Part shown: piece by piece, positions 1 to 7,946 of the stretch
How the letters are laid out: each line of letters begins with the position of its first letter
How positions within the stretch are numbered: the stretch's first letter is position 1
Origin: Candidatus Giovannonibacteria bacterium
GTDB lineage: Bacteria; Patescibacteriota; Minisyncoccia; JACPKW01; UBA11713
Assembly: GCA_023266875.1 (NCBI GenBank)
Contig: JAHFOJ010000005.1
Location: forward strand, 1 to 43,975
Reading direction: 5' to 3'
Length of the DNA: 43,975 bases
The notes under the pieces: model-generated
Told to the model about the DNA's origin: nothing
The model's database searches: none
The model's input: only the letters and a program-made list of their open reading frames with translations
Translations under genes and position numbers: made by a program

Positions 1-494
1 TCGTTAAATATTTCTTGCAGCTTTTTTATCGCTCTATGAAGCCGGACGGATATATTGTTCTCGCTCTCATCTAAAATCACGGCTATTTCTGGGATCGACA
101 TATCTTCACCGAAACGCATCACAAGAAGTTCCCGATCCTTCGGCTTAAGATCTTTCATAAGAAATTTCAGTTGATTAATTTCGGTTTTGAATTCAGCAGA
201 TTCAGGGACGTTTACATTCTCCGGATCGAAGCCTATTTCTTTAAGAGAATCAAGCGAAAGAGATTTTTTCTTCCTTATGCGGTCTATGATAAGATTCGTG
301 GCTATCTTATAGAGAAACGCCCTTACGTTTTTTATCTCTCTCCCTGAAGACATATAGCGCCAAGCGTGAAAAAACGTTTCTTGCGTCAAATCAAGCGCTT
401 CTTCGCGGCTAGCGTTAAGGCGAAAAAAACAATGGCGGAATATGGCGCCCGCGAATTGCTCATAGGCCTCGAGAAATAGTTCGTCCGGATTCAT
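1..494 (-). CDS. ECF-type RNA polymerase sigma-70 factor (3' end runs off the window)
   Basis: Not in the ORF track. Manual translation from ATG at 494: MNPDELFLEAYEQFAGAIFRHCFFRL..EEALDLTQETFFHAW..RAFLYKIATNLIIDRIRK (region 2) and LLVMRFGEDMSIPEIAVILDESENNISVRLHRAIKKL (region 4). Confidence 0.92.
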   Translation of the reverse strand, partial: MNPDELFLEAYEQFAGAIFRHCFFRLNASREEALDLTQETFFHAWRYMSSGREIKNVRAFLYKIATNLIIDRIRKKKSLSLDSLKEIGFDPENVNVPESAEFKTEINQLKFLMKDLKPKDRELLVMRFGEDMSIPEIAVILDESENNISVRLHRAIKKLQEIFN

Positions 495-572
495 ATATTC
501 TTAAATCCTATATACAGACGTTTCTCGGGGCATTTTCTTGCATAGCCAAAGCAAATAAACGTGAACCACAGC

Positions 573-1487
573 CTAAATGCGCAGATAGCGGCGAGTGGCG
601 ATAAGGCTTGAAATAACTCCCAAGACAATCCCAACCGCGGACAGGAGAAAGAAAATAAACGCAAAATTTGATAAATAATAAGAGTTGAGATTAGGGCCGC
701 CGAAAAAAGTTTCCGCTTTCGGGCCAAGCCACACGGCAAGCGGGATAAAAATTATCGCGGTTAATATCGCAGCAAGAAGCCCATGAATCACGCCTTCGAT
801 TAAAAACGGACCCCGAATATATGAATTCGTAGCACCAACAAGCCGCATGATGGAAATTTCGTCCTTGGCAGTGTAGATGGCAAGGCGGATAGTATTGAAC
901 GCCACTAAAATGGCGATTGCGGCAAGCGCGATTGTTATACCCAAACCCAATGCGCGCGAAGCGGCTAGGAGCCTTGTCAATCTTTCAATCACCAGTTGAT
1001 TTTGTTTGTAGTTAACTTTATCAATAATATTTTCAAAAGTTGCAGATTCGAGAAACCTGGAAATAGATTCATATTCTCTCGGATCTTTCGCTTTCACATT
1101 TAAGCTCGCTCCGAGCGGGTTTCCTCCGAGTTCTTCGAGTGATCGCCCAATAAGCGCGTTTGAGCTATGTATGCGCTGAAAATCGGCAAGCGCCTCTTCA
1201 CGCGACACGTAACCAACGCTTTTGACTTCCCCAAGGTTTTCAATTTTTGATTTGAGAGCGGCAATATCAGATTCTAGCGCGTTTGTCTTAAAATAGACCG
1301 TTATATCAACTTTGTCCTGAATCTGCGACAAAGCCGAGGTCAAAAGAACGTTTGAGAAAAAAAGCGCCCCGACCACAAATAATGCGAGCACCATAACCAA
1401 AACAGTCGCTAAAGACACCCATCCGTTCCTCCAGAAATTTATGAAACCCTGCCTGATTGTCCGTTTTATTTCAGTATTGAATGCCAT
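573..1487 (-). CDS. ftsX: Cell division permease FtsX
   Basis: 4-TM layout, motif FNTIRLAIY..DEISIMRLVGAT..YIRGPFLIEG, adjacent to ftsE. Confidence 0.95.
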   Translation of the reverse strand: MAFNTEIKRTIRQGFINFWRNGWVSLATVLVMVLALFVVGALFFSNVLLTSALSQIQDKVDITVYFKTNALESDIAALKSKIENLGEVKSVGYVSREEALADFQRIHSSNALIGRSLEELGGNPLGASLNVKAKDPREYESISRFLESATFENIIDKVNYKQNQLVIERLTRLLAASRALGLGITIALAAIAILVAFNTIRLAIYTAKDEISIMRLVGATNSYIRGPFLIEGVIHGLLAAILTAIIFIPLAVWLGPKAETFFGGPNLNSYYLSNFAFIFFLLSAVGIVLGVISSLIATRRYLRI

Positions 1488-1497
1488 ATAAATTCAT

Positions 1498-2178
1498 TTA
1501 TAAAACATACCGACCGCGCTTTTCATCGCGAATAAGCTTTCCTTTTTCAAGAGTGATCACGCGGCGCTTTAATGTATTAATAATTTCTTTATCGTGAGTA
1601 GCAAGCATTACTGTTGTGCCTAACTCATTTATTTTCTCAAGTAATTTAATAATGTCCCAAGCGTTTATTGGGTCAAGATTACCAGTAGGCTCGTCAGCAA
1701 CAACAAGATCAGGACGATTCACAATTGCGCGGGCGATTGCAACTCTTTGTATCTCGCCCCCCGAAAGTTCGGAAGGAAAATGCCAAGCTTTATCCATTAA
1801 TCCGACCAATTCCAAGACTTGCGGAACGTCCTGTTTTATTTCTTCCTCTGTTTTTCCAGCCGCTTCCATCGCGAATGCGACATTTTCATATGCGGTTTTT
1901 GTAGGTAAAAGTTTATAATCTTGAAAAACAATGCCCATTCTTCTCCGGACGGCGGGGATTTCTCTTTTTTTCAACTCATGAACATCTAAAGATTCAAAAA
2001 AAACTTTTCCGTCTGATGGTTTTTCTTCTGCCAATAGCAATTTTAGCAGCGTTGATTTACCTGCACCCGATTGCCCTACCAGAGAAACAAATTCCTGCGG
2101 CTCAACAGCAAAAGTCACGCCGTCTAGCGCGATCGAAGTCGGAGAATAAACTTTAGAAACTCTGTCGAAGTAAATCAT
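1498..2178 (-). CDS. ftsE: Cell division ATP-binding protein FtsE
   Basis: Walker [32 protein letters not shown]; in prfB-ftsE-ftsX order. Confidence 0.95.
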   Translation of the reverse strand: MIYFDRVSKVYSPTSIALDGVTFAVEPQEFVSLVGQSGAGKSTLLKLLLAEEKPSDGKVFFESLDVHELKKREIPAVRRRMGIVFQDYKLLPTKTAYENVAFAMEAAGKTEEEIKQDVPQVLELVGLMDKAWHFPSELSGGEIQRVAIARAIVNRPDLVVADEPTGNLDPINAWDIIKLLEKINELGTTVMLATHDKEIINTLKRRVITLEKGKLIRDEKRGRYVL

Positions 2179-2252
2179 ATATCTTGAAACTTATAACTCA
2201 GAACTTATAATGAACGTTGAAAGCTGTATGTCTAATATTCCAAGCTCCATGA

Positions 2253-3336
2253 TTACAATGTTAACTCCGCTTCAATGAAAATATCAAGGTTGCCCGCGAG
2301 CACATCTTCGACTTTAGAAGTCTCCATTCCAGTGCGGCTGTCCTTAACCAATTGATACGGATGCAAAACATAAGAACGGATCTGATGACCCCATTCTATT
2401 TCGACCTCTTTTGATTTTTTAAGTGCATCTTTTTCCTCAGCGCGCAGATCGAGGCGAGCGCGATAAAGGCGAGAACGCAAAAGCTCCAAGGCTTTCGATT
2501 TATTCCGTTCCTGCGAACGCTCTGACGAAACATGAATTGAAATTCCGGTTGGCTTATGTTTTACCCGAACAGCCGTTTCGCGTTTGTTTACATTTTGCCC
2601 GCCCGGGCCGCCTGCGCGAGCAAAATCATATTCAATATCTTTCTCATCAATTTCAACTTCAGAAATTTCAACTAATTTCGGCATAACTTCTACCAAAGCA
2701 AAGGAAGTATGCCTGCGCTTGTTTGCGTCAAAAGGAGAAATCCGAACGAGGCGATGTACGCCCGTTTCATTTTTCAAATATCCATAAGCAAATTTCCCTC
2801 CGATCTCGAATGTCGCGTTCTTCACGCCGTTAAGCTGGTTAAAATGGCGATGGAGCGCTCTAAAGCCCCATTTTCTCCTCGCCGAAAATTTTTCATACAT
2901 TTCAGAAAGTATGCGCGCCCAATCTTCAGCATCATCCCCTCCTGCGCCGGCAACTATTGCTAAGACAGCGTCTCCCTTGTCGTAAGAACCTGATAGAAAC
3001 GCTAAGCGCTTTTGATTTTCAAAATCACGATTGAGCTCAAATAAACGTGCCTCGATTTCTACTGGCTCGCCTTTTTCGCCAGAAGATATTTCAGAAAGTT
3101 CAAGAAGCAACGAAACTTCATGCGACAGATTATCCCAAATCGAAATTAATTCTTTGAGCTCCGATATTTTCTGCGTAATTTCCGCGGCGCGCTTTGGATT
3201 GTCCCAAAAATTCGGATGTTTCGTTTCTGATTCGAGTTTTAATATCTCTTCTTTATTCCGGGCTAAGTCAAAGACGGTCCGCAAGCTCGCGGACTCGAGT
3301 TCCTAAATCTTTAATTTTTTCTATAAGAGTTTCCAT
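2253..3336 (-). CDS. prfB: Peptide chain release factor 2 with programmed +1 frameshift
   Basis: GGQ ([10 protein letters not shown]) and SPF motifs. True start is ATG at 3336 ([22 protein letters not shown]), followed by CTT TGA C at 3273-3267 joining to DLARNKEE in the +1 frame. Confidence 0.95.
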
Positions 3337-3365
3337 AATTTATATAATTTCTATTATAACATTTG

Positions 3366-3438
3366 AGCCACCTCCGAGATTCGAACTCGGGACCCCAGCT
3401 TTACGAAAGCTGTGCTCTACCAACTGAGCTAAGGTGGC
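3366..3438 (-). tRNA. tRNA-Thr(CGT), CCA not encoded
   Basis: GCCACCT/AGGTGGC acceptor stem, anticodon arm CAGCT-TTCGTAA-AGCTG, T-loop GTTCGAATC. Confidence 0.95.
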
Positions 3439-3485
3439 ACTTATGCATTTTTGAGTTAAGTTACGGTTGCTATCATAGAATAAAT

Positions 3486-4205
3486 ATGCCGAAAGTTAAA
3501 GCAGGAATATATCATTCAAGAACGCACCTATTGGTTACTCTCCTGTTCATTGTAGTCCCTTTTTTATTCCTTCTCATTTTTTCCCGCCTAGCAAACATCG
3601 CGTCAGGCGCTCTTCTTCTCAATGTTGCAATTTCCGCGGCGCGGCTCTCTATAGCATACATTATCGCCGCAATTTTGGCCTGGATTTTTGCTGTATCGTT
3701 TTATCAGGGGCGCCAAGCAGCGATCGCTCTTCCCATCTTTGATGTGCTCCAAAGTTTCCCGACCTTCGCGCTTCTGCCCCTTGCCACTCTTTTTTGGGGA
3801 CCCTCTAATTTTACGATAATATTTTTTTTGGTGATAACAGTAATATGGCCTCTTTTTTTTTCAATAGTAAGCTCGCTTAAGCTCATCCGCCACGACTGGC
3901 GGGAAGCGGTTAAAATTTATAATCTTTCCGGGTTCGCTTATTTAAAAAACTTTTTGTGGCCGGTAACCATTCCTGGATTTATAACCGGTTCGGTTGTTGG
4001 CCTCGGCGAAGGATGGGAAGCGCTCATAGCCACAGAAATAATCGTGGGAATGAAAAGCGGCCTCGGGAGTTTTTTCCAAACTCATAGCACAAACATCCAT
4101 ATAACAATCTTTGGAGTTTTGGGCTTTTTAATTTTGATATTTACTGTAAATAGAGTTATCTGGCTCCCGCTTCTCGAACGAAGTCATAAAAGGATGGAAG
4201 ATTAG
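3486..4205 (+). CDS. ABC transporter permease, NitT/TauT family
   Basis: Multi-TM protein with LQSFPTFALLP and WEALIATE motifs. Start placed at ATG 3486 because the longer ORF call overlaps the tRNA. Confidence 0.85.
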   Translation: MPKVKAGIYHSRTHLLVTLLFIVVPFLFLLIFSRLANIASGALLLNVAISAARLSIAYIIAAILAWIFAVSFYQGRQAAIALPIFDVLQSFPTFALLPLATLFWGPSNFTIIFFLVITVIWPLFFSIVSSLKLIRHDWREAVKIYNLSGFAYLKNFLWPVTIPGFITGSVVGLGEGWEALIATEIIVGMKSGLGSFFQTHSTNIHITIFGVLGFLILIFTVNRVIWLPLLERSHKRMED

Positions 4206-4207
4206 AC

Positions 4208-4945
4208 ATGAATTTAATATCTGTAAAAAATGTATCAAAAATTTTTGATGACCGCCCAGGAGAGCGGCTGGTCGCACTCGAAAATATAAACCTAGAAATA
4301 AAACAGGGCGAAATTTTTGTTCTGCTTGGGCCTTCCGGCTCTGGAAAGTCTACGCTTTTGCGGATAATGAGCGGGCTCGAAAAAGATTTTAAAGGGTCAA
4401 TCACGTATGGCCCCGACGTGTCTGCCAAAGATTTCGGGTTCGTATTTCAACAATTCGCGCTCATGCCATGGCTTACTGTTGAAGAAAATATAAATTTGGG
4501 GCTTGTTTCGCGCGCCATAAGCAATCTCGAGAAAAAAACGCGAGTCGAGCGCGAATTGAAACGCTTAAATCTCACTAAATTTCGAAATACTTATCCAAAA
4601 GAACTCTCCGGCGGAATGCGCCAGCGTCTTGGGATTGCCCGTGCCCTTGCGATCGACCCTAAGGTTATTTTTATGGATGAGCCGTTCTCCGAGCTCGATT
4701 CATTTACAGCTGAAGAATTAAGAAAAGAACTTTTGGATATCTGGCAAGAGCAAAAAGCAACAATAATACAAGTGACTCACATAGTCGCCGAAGCACTTGA
4801 GCTTGGAGACCGCATAGCCGTCCTCACTCCACGTCCGGGCAAAATTGAAAAGATAGTTGAAAATTGGCTTTCGCGGCCGCGAAAACTCCGTTCGGAACAT
4901 TTCTTCAAACTCGAAGACGAGCTATACAAATTGATCAAGCCCTAA
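4208..4945 (+). CDS. ABC transporter ATP-binding protein, NitT/TauT family
   Basis: GPSGSGKST, VFQQFALMPWLTV, LSGGMRQR, MDEPFSELD. Confidence 0.92.
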   Translation: MNLISVKNVSKIFDDRPGERLVALENINLEIKQGEIFVLLGPSGSGKSTLLRIMSGLEKDFKGSITYGPDVSAKDFGFVFQQFALMPWLTVEENINLGLVSRAISNLEKKTRVERELKRLNLTKFRNTYPKELSGGMRQRLGIARALAIDPKVIFMDEPFSELDSFTAEELRKELLDIWQEQKATIIQVTHIVAEALELGDRIAVLTPRPGKIEKIVENWLSRPRKLRSEHFFKLEDELYKLIKP

Positions 4946-4953
4946 AGCTTTTG

Positions 4954-5024
4954 TGCGGGATACCAGAATTGAACTGGTGCCTGCTGCATGGGAAGCAGCC
5001 ATTCTGCCACTAAACTAATCCCGC
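4954..5024 (-). tRNA. tRNA-Gly(CCC), CCA not encoded
   Basis: GCGGGAT/ATCCCGC acceptor stem, anticodon arm GCTGC-TTCCCAT-GCAGC, T-loop GTTCAATTC. Confidence 0.93.
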
Positions 5025-5041
5025 AAATTTTGTTTAAAATT

Positions 5042-5422
5042 TCATCTGCCCAAAAAATTGGAAATAAAACCCCAAAATCCGCCGCTTGCCTTAATATCGG
5101 ACGAAGTCGGCGCGTTTACGGGATTAACTATAATAAGAACTTCCTCTCCTGGCTTCTTCACGTTGAATCGTTCTTTCGCCTCTTTTTCAAGGCCTTCGGG
5201 CGTGCCAAGCCGTTCTATCCTCTCTTCTAATCTGATTTTTTCCTCCTCTAAATTTCTAGCGCGAGCGGCAATTTCCTCGCTTGTTTTATAAGCGCCGTAT
5301 GCTTTAAATACCGCCTTAACCGCCGCCCCTGCGCTCAAAATAGCTAAAACCAGCATTACCGAAAGCGCCGGCTTTGAAAAAATAATTCTTTTCAGTTTTC
5401 GCCTCTCTTGAAATAAGCGCAT
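5042..5422 (-). CDS. ftsB: Septum formation initiator, FtsB/DivIC family
   Basis: N-terminal TM, coiled coil, then LEKEAKERFNVKKPGEEV motif. Confidence 0.85.
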   Translation of the reverse strand: MRLFQERRKLKRIIFSKPALSVMLVLAILSAGAAVKAVFKAYGAYKTSEEIAARARNLEEEKIRLEERIERLGTPEGLEKEAKERFNVKKPGEEVLIIVNPVNAPTSSDIKASGGFWGFISNFLGR

Positions 5423-5441
5423 AAAAAATTATAATTAAATA

Positions 5442-5549
5442 GTGATTGGTACAAAGCACAAAAAACGATATGAAATAATCTGGAACATAATATCCATCAT
5501 CGCCGTTTTAGGCATGATCGCCTTTCTATTGATTCCGCTCCTAGGCTAA
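5442..5549 (+). CDS. Small single-TM protein (35 aa), below the ORF-track cutoff
   Basis: GTG..TAA translates to MIGTKHKKRYEIIWNIISIIAVLGMIAFLLIPLLG. Basic N-terminus plus one TM helix; TATAAT lies 6 nt upstream. Confidence 0.6.
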   Translation: MIGTKHKKRYEIIWNIISIIAVLGMIAFLLIPLLG

Positions 5550-5574
5550 TTCTAAATAAGCCTTGCCGTTATGT

Positions 5575-7368
5575 CTATTTTTTTATCATTTGAATAAAAA
5601 CTTCCGGAGGAATTGAAAAGCGCGCTTCTTCTTTCAATCGCTTTTTGCCTTCCTTCTGTTTTTCCCAAAGCTTCATTTTTCGCGTCCGGTCGCCGCCGTA
5701 AAGATACCCCGTCACGTCTTTTTTTAAAGCTTTTTTCGTCCGTGAGGCAATAATGCGTCCAAGAGAGCGCGCCTGAATTTTCAGTGAGAATAAAGCCTGC
5801 GGAAGAATTTTATAGAGTTTTTCTACCGCTTCCTCCGCTTCATGTTCAAGGCGCGATCTAGGAACAATTCTAGAAAAAGCCGCGACCGGGCTTTCGGCGA
5901 CTAAAATATCCATGCGCAAAAGATCGCCGGAGCGCATTCCTAAGAATTCATAATTAAGCGAGGCGTAACCCTGTGAAACAGATTTAAGCTCATCAAAAAA
6001 TCCGCGAGCAAGCTCGCGAAGCGGTATCTCTGCTTCAAGTTTCAAGCGATTTTCTGAAAATCTGTCTGTCGCCCCAGTAACGGCTTCGTGAAGCGTTAAG
6101 AGTTTTAAGACATCCGAAAGCTTATCCGGAGGCAAAAGGATTTCGAGCTTGAGCCACGGCTCGAGGATTTCAATAATGTCATGCTCATCTGGAAATTTAT
6201 GCGGCGAATAAACATCGAATTCCGCCTTCTTGGTTTTTACATGATATTTAACCGTGGGACTTGCCACAATCGTTTCCAAATTAAAATCACGGTGAATTCT
6301 TTCCGCTATTATCTCCAAATGAAGCATGCCTAAAAATCCACATTTAAATCCCCGTCCCAGAATTCCCGATGATTCTTCCTCAAAAGAAAAAGAGCTGTCC
6401 GAGAGCCGCAATCTTTCAAGCGCGCGGCGAAAGTCTTCAAATTGATCCTGATCTTCTGGGTATAGAGATGAAAAAACCACTGGTTTCGGCTCCTCATATC
6501 CTGGATGCGCAGGAAGCGCCGAATCTTCGCGGGTAAGTGTATCTCCCACACGTACGATTTTTGCTTCTTTAAAATTTGTAACTATGTATCCTATTTCACC
6601 GGCTCCAAGTTTTTCGCGCGAAACTAGCTCAGGACGGAAAATCCCCACATCACCAGACGCAAAAGATTCTTTTGACGCGACAAGTTTCAGGCGATCGCCC
6701 CTTTTAATTTCTCCTGAAAACACTCGCACGTGCGCTATAACTCCCCTGTGGGAAGAATATTCAAAATCAAAAATTAACGCTTGTGTCTCGCCTATCACGC
6801 CAGCCCGAGGGTTCGGAGCAGGGATGCGCCGAACAATTTCTTCGAGCAAATGTCCTACGCCCTCGCCCGTCCGCGCTGATACTTCAAGAATTTCACTATC
6901 CGAGACAGAAAGAAAATTTTTAATTTCCTCCCGGACTTCAGAAACCCGAGCGTGAGGCAAATCGATTTTATTTATCGCTGGAATTATAGTTAATTTTTGA
7001 GCGCGCGCGAGCTCAAGAACGGAAAGAGTCTGCGCTTCCACTCCCTGTGTTGCATCCACGAGCAAGACCGCACCTTCAACCGCGGCAAGCGCACGCGAAA
7101 CTTCGTATGAAAAATCTATGTGGCCCGGCGTGTCAATCAAATTCAGAATATACTCGGGCCCTGACCCGTTAAAGGATCGCCAAATCATTCTAACGGGTTG
7201 CATTTTAATGGTTATCCCCCGCTCGCGCTCAAGCGGCATTTGATCCAAATATTGTTCTTTCATTTTCCGGGCTTCAACTGTTTTCGTAATCTCAAGCATC
7301 CGATCAGCAAGAGTGGACTTGCCGTGGTCAATATGGGCAATGATAGAGAAATTTCGAATATTGGACAT
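5575..7368 (-). CDS. lepA: Translation elongation factor 4 (LepA)
   Basis: IRNFSIIAHIDHGKSTLADR, DTPGH, NKID, GFLGMLHLEI, YGGDRTRKMKLWEKQKEGKK. Confidence 0.98.
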   Translation of the reverse strand: MSNIRNFSIIAHIDHGKSTLADRMLEITKTVEARKMKEQYLDQMPLERERGITIKMQPVRMIWRSFNGSGPEYILNLIDTPGHIDFSYEVSRALAAVEGAVLLVDATQGVEAQTLSVLELARAQKLTIIPAINKIDLPHARVSEVREEIKNFLSVSDSEILEVSARTGEGVGHLLEEIVRRIPAPNPRAGVIGETQALIFDFEYSSHRGVIAHVRVFSGEIKRGDRLKLVASKESFASGDVGIFRPELVSREKLGAGEIGYIVTNFKEAKIVRVGDTLTREDSALPAHPGYEEPKPVVFSSLYPEDQDQFEDFRRALERLRLSDSSFSFEEESSGILGRGFKCGFLGMLHLEIIAERIHRDFNLETIVASPTVKYHVKTKKAEFDVYSPHKFPDEHDIIEILEPWLKLEILLPPDKLSDVLKLLTLHEAVTGATDRFSENRLKLEAEIPLRELARGFFDELKSVSQGYASLNYEFLGMRSGDLLRMDILVAESPVAAFSRIVPRSRLEHEAEEAVEKLYKILPQALFSLKIQARSLGRIIASRTKKALKKDVTGYLYGGDRTRKMKLWEKQKEGKKRLKEEARFSIPPEVFIQMIKK

Positions 7369-7395
7369 GGTTCAAGTGTAATTTCAAAAAGAAAT

Positions 7396-7448
7396 AAAAA
7401 AAAGCCCCAGGGTTCTAGCTGAATGGTGTCAGCATTACCCCGGGGCTT
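7396..7448 (-). terminator. Intrinsic terminator ending the candidate ncRNA
   Basis: Minus strand AAGCCCCGGGGT..ACCCTGGGGCTT stem with inner GCTGA/TCAGC helix, followed by a U-run. Confidence 0.8.
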
Positions 7449-7870
7449 GCCTGCGCTATGGACTAGCGCCCTTACGCAAGCTTGCAAAGCCTTTCAAGTC
7501 CATTGCTGGACCTCCTTCCAAAAAGCTTTCAGAACAAATCCGTCCCGCGCGCCTCGTCGCTGCTTTGAACACTCGACTCGACTTTTTTGCGGCAACTCGA
7601 CCGTGGGACTCGCCTGCGATGGCAGACGAGAAAAAGTCCAACACGGGTATGGGCCGCATTTTTTGCTAACGGTCTCGTTTTTCCCGGGACCTGCAGATCC
7701 CGATGGCACAGCCCCAAAAGCTGGGGCGCGCGATATATCTAAAACTTCCAGATAAATGCAGCGGTACGAGGCGCGCGGAAACTTTAAAACTAAAACGTGG
7801 ACGGACGTGCTACACCTCATACCTGGATGGTATAAGGTCGCTCTTATCCGCCCTGTCAAAGTGCTATTTA
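7396..7870 (-). ncRNA. Candidate large structured non-coding RNA of unknown family (~475 nt)
   Basis: Own promoter and terminator, about ten helices including a 19-bp long-range stem (7545-7563/7758-7778), strand-specific G-U pairs, a GCAA tetraloop and no protein-like ORF. Confidence 0.7.
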
Positions 7871-7876
7871 GTGGTC

Positions 7877-7904
7877 ATTGTACTCCCTCCACAGAAATTG
7901 TCAA
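7877..7904 (-). promoter_or_regulatory. Near-consensus sigma70 promoter for the candidate ncRNA
   Basis: TTGACA (7904-7899), 16-nt spacer, TACAAT (7882-7877); boxA-like AGCACTTTGACA follows at 7865-7854. Confidence 0.8.
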
Positions 7905-7946
7905 CCGCGCGTAGCAAAATATATGTCGAGATCGCATCTCGACATA

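Noticed and set aside
3363-3485. N-terminal extension of the ABC permease in the ORF track
   Set aside because: It is the antisense of tRNA-Thr; ATG 3486 is the plausible start.
7423-7859. ORFs of 62-121 aa overlapping the murJ-lepA gap, and the GGAGGGAG-ATG at 7878
   Set aside because: They overlap each other on both strands with non-protein-like composition. The ATG frame stops after four codons and the GGAGG lies inside the promoter spacer. RNA structure explains the region better.
7456-7878. Possible TAG-readthrough ORF (a frame with several in-frame TAG codons)
   Set aside because: TAG is a normal stop elsewhere in the window (lepA, rpsA) and the readthrough product resembles no protein.
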